A program made the translations under genes and the position numbers. From the NCBI GenBank assembly GCA_021613535.1, contig CP075494.1:10106001-10170000 (forward strand): a stretch of DNA of 64,000 nucleotides, given 5' to 3'. Below the pieces are notes generated by a model. That model searched no databases. It was not told the origin of the DNA and was given only the letters and a program-made list of their open reading frames with translations. This DNA is from Adineta vaga (taxonomy: Eukaryota; Animalia; Rotifera). This document shows positions 49,171 to 61,100 of the stretch, piece by piece; position 1 is the stretch's first letter, and the number at the start of each line of letters is the position of its first letter.

Positions 49171-52100
49171 CAAACATTTAGGTATAGTATAACCCAACTT
49201 TGGATAACGAGAATCGTAAAGGTGAATCTCAGTGATCGACTCGCCAAAGACAAACATTTAGGCATAGTATAACCCAACTTTAGGGAAGGAGAATCATACA
49301 GGTGAATATGAATGATCGAGTCGCGAAAGACAAACATTTAGGTATAGTATAACCCAACTTTAGAGAAGGAGAATAGTAAAGGTGCATAAGACTGATAGAT
49401 GCACGAAAGACAAACATTAAGGTATAGTATAACCCAACTTTAGGGAAGGAGAATAGTACAGGTGAATCTGAATGATAGACTCACCAAAGACAAACATTTA
49501 GGTAAAGTATAACCCAACTTTAGAGATGGAGAATAGTACGGGTGTATCTGAGTGATAGATTCACGAAAGACAAACATTTAGGTATAGTATAACCCAACTT
49601 TAGAGAAGGAGAATAGTAAAGGTGCATAAGACTGATAGATTCACGAAAGACAAACATTTAGGTATAGTATAACCCAACTTTAGAGATGGAGAATAGTAAA
49701 GGTGCATAAGACTGATAGATTCACGAAAGACAAACATTTAGGTATAGTATAACCCAACTTTAGAGATGGAGAATAGTACAGGTGCATAAGACCGATAGAT
49801 TCACCAAAGACAAACATTTAGGTAAAGTATAACCCAACTTTAGAGATGGAGAATAGTAAAGGTGCATAAGACTGATAGATTCACGAAAGACAAACATTTA
49901 GGTAAAGTATAACCCAACTTTAGAGAAGGAGAATAGCACAGGTATATTTGACTGATAGATTCGCCAAAGACAAACATTTAGGTATAGTATAACCCAACTT
50001 TAGAGATGGAGTATAGTACAGGTGCATAAGACCGATAGATTCACCAAAGACAAACATTTAGGTAAAGTATAACCCAACTTTAGAGATGGAGAATAGTAAA
50101 GGTGCATAAGACTGATAGATTCACGAAAGACAAACATTTAGGTAAAGTATAACCCAACTTTAGAGAAGGAGAATAGTACAGGTGTATCTGACTGATAGAT
50201 TCACGAAAGACAAACATTTAGGTATAGTATAACCCAACTTTAGAGATGGAGTATAGTACAGGTGCATAAGACCGATAGATTCACCAAAGACAAACATTTA
50301 GGTAAAGTATAACCCAACTTTAGAGATGGAGAATAGTAAAGGTGCATAAGACTGATAGATTCACGAAAGACAAACATTTAGGTAAAGTATAACCCAACTT
50401 TAGAGAAGGAGAATAGTACAGGTGAATCTGAATGATAGACTCGCGAAAGACAAACATTTAGGTATAGTATAACCCAACTTTAGAGATGGAGTATAGTACA
50501 GGTGCATAAGACCGATAGATTCACCAAAGACAAACATTTAGGTAAAGTATAACCCAACTTTAGGGAAGGAGAATAGTACAGGTGCATAAGACTGATAGAT
50601 TCACCAAAGACAAACATTTAGGTATAGTATAACCCAACTTTGGAGAAGGAGAATAGTACAGGTGCATAAGACTGATAGATTCACCAAAGACAAACATTTA
50701 GGTATAGTATAACCCAACTTTAGAGAAGGAGAATAGTACAGGTGCATAAGACTGATAGATTCACCAAAGACAAACATTTAGGTATAGTATAACCCAACTT
50801 TGGAGAAGGAGAATAGTAAAGGTGCATAAGACTGATAGATTCACGAAAGACAAACATTTAGGTATAGTATAACCCAACTTTAGAGAAGGAGAATAGTACA
50901 GGTGCATAAGACTGATAGATTCACGAAAGACAAACATTTAGGTATAGTATAACCCAACTTTAGAGAAGGAGAATAGTACAGGTGCATAAGACTGATAGAT
51001 TCACGAAAGACAAACATTTAGGTATAGTATAACCCAACTTTGGAGAAGGAGAATAGTAAAGGTGCATAAGACTGAGAGATTCACGAAAGACAAACATTTA
51101 GGTACAGTATAACCCAACTTTAGGGAAGGAAAATAGTGCAGGTGAATCTGAATGATAGACTCGCGAAAGACAAACATTTAGGTATAGTATAACCCAACTT
51201 TAGGGAAGGAGAATAGTACAGGTGCATAAGACTGATAGATTCACGAAAGACAAACATTTAGGTATAGTATAACCCAACTTTAGAGAAGGAGAATAGTACA
51301 GGTGCATAAGACTGATAGATTCACCAAAGACAAACATTTAGGTAAAGTATAACCCAACTTTAGGGAAGGAGAATAGTACAGGTGCATAAGACTGATAGAT
51401 TCACCAAAGACAAACATTTAGGTATAGTATAACCCAACTTTGGAGAAGGAGAATAGTAAAGGTGCATAAGACTGAGAGATTCACCAAAGACAAACATTTA
51501 GGTAAAGTATAACCCAACTTTAGGGAAGGAGAATAGTACAGGTGCATAAGACTGATAGATTCACCAAAGACAAACATTTAGGTATAGTATAACCCAACTT
51601 TGGAGAAGGAGAATAGTAAAGGTGCATAAGACTGAGAGATTCACGAAAGACAAACATTTAGGTATAGTATAACCCAACTTTAGAGAAGGAGAATAGTACA
51701 GGTGCATAAGACTGATAGATTCACGAAAGACAAACATTTAGGTATAGTATAACCCAACTTTAGAGAAGGAGAATAGTACAGGTGCATAAGACTGATAGAT
51801 TCACGAAAGACAAACATTTAGGTATAGTATAACCCAACTTTGGAGAAGGAGAATAGTAAAGGTGCATAAGACTGAGAGATTCACGAAAGACAAACATTTA
51901 GGTATAGTATAACCCAACTTTAGAGAAGGAGAATAGTACAGGTGCATAAGACTGATAGATTCACGAAAGACAAACATTTAGGTATAGTATAACCCAACTT
52001 TAGAGAAGGAGAATAGTACAGGTGCATAAGACTGATAGATTCACGAAAGACAAACATTTAGGTATAGTATAACCCAACTTTAGGGAAGGAGAATAGTACA

Positions 52101-55100
52101 GGTGCATAAGACTGATAGATTCACCAAAGACAAACATTTAGGTATAGTATAACCCAACTTTAGAGATGGAGAATAGTACGTGTGTATCTGAGTGATAGAT
52201 TCACGAAAGACAAACATTTAGGTATAGTATAACCCAACTTTAGAGAAGGAGAATAGTAAAGGTGCATAAGACTGATAGATTCACGAAAGACAAACATTTA
52301 GGTATAGTATAACCCAACTTTGGAGAAGGAGAATAGTAAAGGTGCATAAGACTGATAGATTCACGAAAGACAAACATTTAGGTATAGTATAACCCAACTT
52401 TAGGGAAGGAGAATAGTACAGGTGAAGCTGAATGATAGACTCGCGAAAGACAAACATTTAGGTATAGCATAACCCAACTTTGGAGAAGGAGAATAGTAAA
52501 GGTGCATAAGACTGATAGATTCACGAAAGACAAACATTTAGGTATAGCATAACCCAACTTTGGAGAAGGAGAATAGTAAAGGTGCATAAGACTGATAGAT
52601 TCACGAAAGACAAACATTTAGGTATAGTATAACCCAACTTTGGAGAAGGAGAATAGTAAAGGTGCATAAGACTGATAGATTCACGAAAGACAAACATTTA
52701 GGTATAGTATAACCCAACTTTGGAGAAGGAGAATAGTAAAGGTGCATAAGACTGATAGATTCACGAAAGACAAACATTTAGGTATAGTATAACCCAACTT
52801 TGGAGAAGCAGAATAGTAAAGGTGCATAAGACTGATAGATGCAAGAAAGACAAACATTTAGGTATACTATAACCCAACTTTAGAGATGGAGAATAGTACA
52901 GGTGCATAAGACCGATAGATGCACCAAAGACAAACATTTAGGTAAAGTATAACCCAACTTTAGAGATGGAGAATAGTACGTGTGTATCTGAGTGATAGAT
53001 TCACGAAAGACAAACATTTAGGTATAGTATAACCCAACTTTAGAGAAGGAGAATAGTAAAGGTGCATAAGACTGATAGATTCACGAAAGACAAACATTTA
53101 GGTATAGTATAACCCAACTTTAGAGAAGGAGAATAGTAAAGGTGCATAAGACTGATAGATTCACGAAAGACAAACATTTAGGTATAGTATAACCCAACTT
53201 TAGAGATGGAGAATAGTACAGGTGCATCTGACTGATAGATTCACGAAAGACAAACATTTAGGTATAGTATAACCCAACTTTAGAGAAGGAGAATAGTAAA
53301 GGTGCATAAGACTGATAGATTCACGAAAGACAAACATTTAGGTATAGTATAACCCAACTTTAGAGAAGGAGAATAGTAAAGGTGCATAAGACTGATAGAT
53401 TCACGAAAGACAAACATTTAGGTATAGTATAACCCAACTTTGGAGAAGGAGAATAGTAAAGCTGCATAAGACTGAGAGATTCACGAAAGACAAACATTTA
53501 GGTATAGTATAACCCAACTTTAGAGAAGGAGAATAGTAAAGGTGCATAAGACTGATAGATTCACGAAAGACAAACATTTAGGTATAGTATAACCCAACTT
53601 TAGAGAAGGAGAATAGTACAGGTGCATAAGACTGATAGATTCACGAAAGACAAACATTTAGGTATAGTATAACCCAACTTTAGAGAAGGAGAATAGTACA
53701 GGTGAATCTGAATGATAGACTCGCGAAAGACAAACATTTAGGTATAGTATAACCCAACTTTAGAGAAGGAGAATAGTAAAGGTGCATAAGACTGATAGAT
53801 GCACGAAAGACAAACATTTAGGTATAGTATAACCCAACTTTAGAGAAGGAGAATAGTAAAGGTGCATAAGACTGATAGATTCACGAAAGACAAACATTTA
53901 GGTATAGTATAACCCAACTTTAGAGATGGAGAATAGTACAGGTGAATCTGAGTGATAGATTCGCGAAAGACAAACATTTAGGTATAGTATAACCCAACTT
54001 TAGAGATGGAGAATAGTACAGATGCATAAGACTGATAGATTCACGAAAGACAAACATTTAGGTATAGTATAACCCAACTTTAGAGAAGGAGAATAGTAAC
54101 AGGTGCATAAGACTGATAGATTCGCGAAAGACAAACATTTAGGTAAAGTATAACCCAACTTTAGAGAAGGAGAATAGAACAGGTATATTTGACTGATAGA
54201 TTCGCCAAAGACAAACATTTAGGTATAGCATAACCCAACTTTAGGGAAGGAAAATAGTGCAGGTGAATCTGAATGATAGACTCGCGAAAGACAAACATTT
54301 AGGTATAGTATAACCCAACTTTAGGGAAGGAGAATAGTACAGGTGAAGCTGAATGATAGACTCGCGAAAGACAAACATTTAGGTACAGTATAACCCAACT
54401 TTAGAGATGGAGAATAGTAAAGGTGAATATGAATGATAGATTCACGAAAGACAAACATTTAGGTATAGTATAACCCAACTTTAGAGAAGGAGAATAGTAA
54501 AGGTGCATAAGACTGATAGATTCACGAAAGACAAACATTTAGGTATAGTATAACCCAACTTTAGAGAAGGAGAATAGTAAAGGTGCATAAGACTGATAGA
54601 TTCACGAAAGACAAACATTTAGGTATAGTATAACCCAACTTTAGAGAAGGAGAATAGTAAAGGTGCATAAGACTGATAGATTCACGAAAGACAAACATTT
54701 AGGTATAGTATAACCCAACTTTAGAGAAGGAGAATAGTACAGGTGCATAAGACTGATAGATTCACGAAAGACAAACATTTAGGTATAGTATAACCCAACT
54801 TTAGAGAAGGAGAATAGTACAGGTGCATAAGACTGATAGATTCACGAAAGACAAACATTTAGGTATAGTATAACCCAACTTTAGAGAAGGAGAATAGTAA
54901 AGGTGCATAAGACTGAGAGATTCACGAAAGACAAACATTTAGGTATAAGTATAACCCAACTTTAGGGAAGGAGAATAGTACAGGTGAATCTGAATGATAG
55001 ACTCGCGAAAGACAAACATTTAGGTATAGTATAACCCAACTTTGGAGAAGCAGAATAGTAAAGGTGCATAAGACTGATAGATGCAAGAAAGACAAACATT

Positions 55101-58100
55101 TAGGTATAGTATAACCCAACTTTAGAGATGGAGAATAGTACGGGTGTATCTGAGTGATAGATTCACGAAAGACAAACATTTAGGTATAGTATAACCCAAC
55201 TTTAGAGATGGAGAATAGTACAGATGCATAAGACTGATAGATTCACGAAAGACAAACATTTAGGTATAGTATAACCCAACTTTAGAGAAGGAGAATAGTA
55301 AAGGTGCATAAGACTGATAGATTCACGAAAGACAAACATTTAGGTAAAGTATAACCCAACTTTAAAGAAGGAAGGAGAATAGAACAGGTATATTGACTGA
55401 ATCTGAATGATAGACTCGCGAAAGACAAACATTTAGGTATAGTATAACCCAACTTTAGGGAAGGAGAATAGTACAGGTGAAGCTGAATGATAGACTCGCG
55501 AAAGACAAACATTTAGGTATAGCATAACCAAACTTTAGGGAAGGAGAATAGTACAGGTGCATAAGACTGATAGATTCACCAAAGACAAACATTTAGGTAT
55601 AGTATAACCCAACTTTAGAGATGGAGAATAGTACGTGTGTATCTGAGTGATAGATTCACGAAAGACAAACATTTAGGTATAGTATAACCCAACTTTAGAG
55701 AAGGAGAATAGTAAAGGTGCATAAGACTGATAGATTCACGAAAGACAAACATTTAGGTATAGTATAAACCAACTTTGGAGAAGGAGAATAGTAAAGGTGC
55801 ATAAGACTGATAGATTCACGAAAGACAAACATTTAGGTATAGTATAACCCAACTTTGGAGAAGCAGAATAGTAAAGGTGCATAAGACTGATAGATGCAAG
55901 AAAGACAAACATTTAGGTATAGTATAACCCTACTTTAGAGAAGGAGAATAGTAAAGGTGCATAAGACTGATAGATTCACGAAAGACAAACATTTAGGTAT
56001 AGTATAACCCAACTTTAGAGAAGGAAAATAGTAAAGGTGCATAAGACTGATAGATTCACGAAAGACAAACATTTAGGTATAGTATAACCCAACTTTAGAG
56101 ATGGAGAATAGTACAGGTGCATAAGACCGATAGATGCACCAAAGACAAACATTTAGGTATAGTATAACCCAACTTTAGAGATGGAGAATAGTACAGGTGC
56201 ATAAGACCGATAGATGCACCAAAGACAAACATTTAGGTAAAGTATAACCCAACTTTAGAGATGGAGAATAGTACGGGTGTATCTGAGTGATAGATTCACG
56301 AAAGACAAACATTTAGGTATAGTATAACCCAACTTTGGAGAAGGAGAATAGTAAAGGTGCATAAGACTGATAGATTCACCAAAGACAAACATTTAGGTAT
56401 AGTATAACCCAACTTTGGAGAAGGAGAATAGTAAAGGTGCATAAGACTGATAGATTCACCAAAGACAAACATTTAGGTATAGTATAACCCAACTTTGGAG
56501 AAGGAGAATAGTAAAGGTGCATAAGACTGATAGATTCACCAAAGACAAACATTTAGGTATAGTATAACCCAACTTTGGAGAAGGAGAATAGTACAGGTGC
56601 ATAAGACTGATAGATTCACGAAAGACAAACATTTAGGTATAGTATAACCTAACTTTGGAGAAGGAGAATAGTAAAGGTGCATAAGACTGATAGATTCACG
56701 AAAGACAAACATTTAGGTATAGTATAACCTAACTTTGGAGAAGGAGAATAGTAAAGGTGCATAAGACTGATAGATTCACGAAAGACAAACATTTAGGTAA
56801 AGTATAACCCATCTTTGGAGACGTAGAATAGTACAGGTGCATAAGACTGATAGATTCACGAAAGACAAACATTTAGGTATAGTATAACCTAACTTTGGAG
56901 AAGGAGAATAGTACAGGTGAATCTGAATGATCGAGTCGCGAAAGACAAACATTTAGGTATAGTATAACCTAACTTTGGAGAAGGAGAATAGTAAAGGTGC
57001 ATAAGACTGATAGATTCACGAAAGACAAACATTTAGGTATAGTATAACCTAACTTTGGAGAAGGAGAATAGTAAAGGTGCATAAGACTGATAGATTCACG
57101 AAAGACAAACATTTAGGTATAGTATAACCTAACTTTGGAGAAGGAGAATAGTAAAGGTGCATAAGACTGATAGATTCACGAAAGACAAACATTTAGGTAT
57201 AGTATAACCTAACTTTGGAGAAGGAGAATAGTAAAGGTGCATAAGACTGATAGATTCACGAAAGACAAACATTTAGGTATAGTATAACCCATCTTTGGAG
57301 AAGGAGAATAGTAAAGGTGCATAAGACTGATAGATTCACGAAAGACAAACATTTAGGTATAGTATAACCTAACTTTGGAGAAGGAGAATAGTACAGGTGA
57401 ATCTGAATGATCGAGTCGCGAAAGACAAACATTTAGGTATAGTATAACCTAACTTTGGAGAAGGAGAATAGTAAAGGTGCATAAGACTGATAGATTCACG
57501 AAAGACAAACATTTAGGTAAAGTATAACCCATCTTTGGAGACGTAGAATAGTACAGGTGCATAAGACTGATAGATTCACGAAAGACAAACATTTAGGTAT
57601 AGTATAACCTAACTTTGGAGAAGGAGAATAGTAAAGGTGCATAAGACTGATAGATTCACGAAAGACAAACATTTAGGTATAGTATAACCTAACTTTGGAG
57701 AAGGAGAATAGTAAAGGTGCATAAGACTGATAGATTCACGAAAGACAAACATTTAGGTAAAGTATAACCCATCTTTGGAGACGTAGAATAGTACAGGTGC
57801 ATAAGACTGATAGATTCACGAAAGACAAACATTTAGGTATAGTATAACCTAACTTTGGAGAAGGAGAATAGTACAGGTGAATCTGAATGATCGAGTCGCG
57901 AAAGACAAACATTTAGGTATAGTATAACCTAACTTTGGAGAAGGAGAATAGTAAAGGTGCATAAGACTGATAGATTCACGAAAGACAAACATTTAGGTAT
58001 AGTATAACCTAACTTTGGAGAAGGAGAATAGTAAAGGTGCATAAGACTGATAGATTCACGAAAGACAAACATTTAGGTAAAGTATAACCCATCTTTGGAG

Positions 58101-61100
58101 ACGTAGAATAGTACAGGTGCATAAGACTGATAGATTCACGAAAGACAAACATTTAGGTATAGTATAACCTAACTTTGGAGAAGGAGAATAGTACAGGTGA
58201 ATCTGAATGATCGAGTCACGAAAGACAAACATTTAGGTATAGTATAACCTAACTTTGGAGAAGGAGAATAGTAAAGGTGCATAAGACTGATAGATTCACG
58301 AAAGACAAACATTTAGGTATAGTATAACCTAACTTTGGAGAAGGAGAATAGTAAAGGTGCATAAGACTGATAGATTCACGAAAGACAAACATTTAGGTAT
58401 AGTATAACCTAACTTTGGAGAAGGAGAATAGTAAAGGTGCATAAGACTGATAGATTCACGAAAGACAAACATTTAGGTATAGTATAACCCATCTTTGGAG
58501 AAGGAGAATAGTAAAGGTGCATAAGACTGATAGATTCACCAAAGACAAACATTTAGGTATAGTATAACCTAACTTTGGAGAAGGAGAATAGTAAAGGTGC
58601 ATAAGACTGATAGATTCACGAAAGACAAACATTTAGGTATAGTATAACCTAACTTTGGAGAAGGAGAATAGTAAAGGTGCATAAGACTGATAGATTCACG
58701 AAAGACAAACATTTAGGTATAGTATAACCCAACTTTGGAGAAGGAGAATAGTAAAGGTGCATAAGACTGATAGATTCACGAAAGACAAACATTTAGGTAT
58801 AGTATAACCTAACTTTGGAGAAGGAGAATAGTAAAGGTGCATAAGACTGATAGATTCACGAAAGACAAACATTTAGGTATAGTATAACCTAACTTTGGAG
58901 AAGGAGAATAGTAAAGGTGCATAAGACTGATAGATTCACGAAAGACAAACATTTAGGTATAGTATAACCCAACTTTAGAGATGGAGAATAGTACGGGTGT
59001 ATCTGAGTGATAGATTCACGAAAGACAAACATTTAGGTATAGTATAACCCAACTTTAGAGATGGAGAATAGTACGGGTGTATCTGAGTGATAGATTCACG
59101 AAAGACAAACATTTAGGTATAGTATAACCCAACTTTAGAGAAGGAGAATAGTAAAGGTGCATAAGACTGATAGATTCACGAAAGACAAACATTTAGGTAA
59201 AGTATAACCCAACTTTAGAGAAGGAGAATAGAACAGGTATATTTGACTGATAGATTCGCCAAAGACAAACATTTAGGTATAGCATAACCCAACTTTAGGG
59301 AAGGAAAATAGTGCAGGTGAATCTGAATGATAGACTCGCGAAAGACAAACATTTAGGTATAGCATAACCAAACTTTAGGGAAGGAGAATAGTACAGGTGC
59401 ATAAGACTGATAGATTCACCAAAGACAAACATTTAGGTATAGTATAACCCAACTTTAGAGATGGAGAATAGTACGTGTGTATCTGAGTGATAGATTCACG
59501 AAAGACAAACATTTAGGTATAGTATAACCCAACTTTAGAGAAGGAGAATAGTAAAGGTGCATAAGACTGATAGATTCACGAAAGACAAACATTTAGGTAT
59601 AGTATAAACCAACTTTGGAGAAGGAGAATAGTAAAGGTGCATAAGACTGATAGATTCACGAAAGACAAACATTTAGGTATAGTATAACCCAACTTTGGAG
59701 AAGGAGAATAGTAAAGGTGCATAAGACTGAGAGATTCACGAAAGACAAACATTTAGGTACAGTATGACCCAACTTTAGGGAAGGAGAATAGTACAGGTGA
59801 ATCTGAATGATAGACTCGCGAAAGACAAACATTCAGGTATAGTATAACCCAACTTTGGAGAAGCAGAATAGTAAAGGTGCATAAGACTGATAGATGCAAG
59901 AAAGACAAACATTTAGGTATAGTATAACCCTACTTTAGAGAAGGAGAATAGTAAAGGTGCATAAGACTGATAGATTCACGAAAGACAAACATTTAGGTAT
60001 AGTATAACCCAACTTTAGAGAAGGAAAATAGTAAAGGTGCATAAGACTGATAGATTCACGAAAGACAAACATTTAGGTATAGTATAACCCAACTTTAGAG
60101 ATGGAGAATAGTACAGGTGCATAAGACCGATAGATGCACCAAAGACAAACATTTAGGTATAGTATAACCCAACTTTAGAGATGGAGAATAGTACAGGTGC
60201 ATAAGACCGATAGATGCACCAAAGACAAACATTTAGGTAAAGTATAACCCAACTTTAGAGATGGAGAATAGTACGGGTGTATCTGAGTGATAGATTCACG
60301 AAAGACAAACATTTAGGTATAGTATAACCCAACTTTGGAGAAGGAGAATAGTAAAGGTGCATAAGACTGATAGATTCACCAAAGACAAACATTTAGGTAT
60401 AGTATAACCCAACTTTGGAGAAGGAGAATAGTAAAGGTGCATAAGACTGATAGATTCACCAAAGACAAACATTTAGGTATAGTATAACCCAACTTTGGAG
60501 ACGCAGAATAGTACAGGTGCATAAGACTGATAGATTCACGAAAGACAAACATTTAGGTATAGTATAACCTAACTTTGGAGAAGGAGAATAGTAAAGGTGC
60601 ATAAGACTGATAGATTCACGAAAGACAAACATTTAGGTATAGTATAACCTAACTTTGGAGAAGGAGAATAGTAAAGGTGCATAAGACTGATAGATTCACG
60701 AAAGACAAACATTTAGGTAAAGTATAACCCATCTTTGGAGACGTAGAATAGTACAGGTGCATAAGACTGATAGATTCACGAAAGACAAACATTTAGGTAT
60801 AGTATAACCTAACTTTGGAGAAGGAGAATAGTACAGGTGAATCTGAATGATCGAGTCGCGAAAGACAAACATTTAGGTATAGTATAACCTAACTTTGGAG
60901 AAGGAGAATAGTAAAGGTGCATAAGACTGATAGATTCACGAAAGACAAACATTTAGGTATAGTATAACCCATCTTTGGAGACGTAGAATAGTACAGGTGC
61001 ATAAGACTGATAGATTCACGAAAGACAAACATTTAGGTATAGTATAACCCATCTTTGGAGAAGGAGAATAGTAAAGGTGCATAAGACTGATAGATTCACG

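Noticed and set aside
49630-49660. Hammerhead ribozyme-like CTGATAGA...GAAA in each satellite unit
   Set aside because: The core has an extra base relative to CUGANGA, there is no stem II, and I found no stem III partner or UH cleavage triplet. An Infernal/RNAMotif search on monomers and dimers would settle it.
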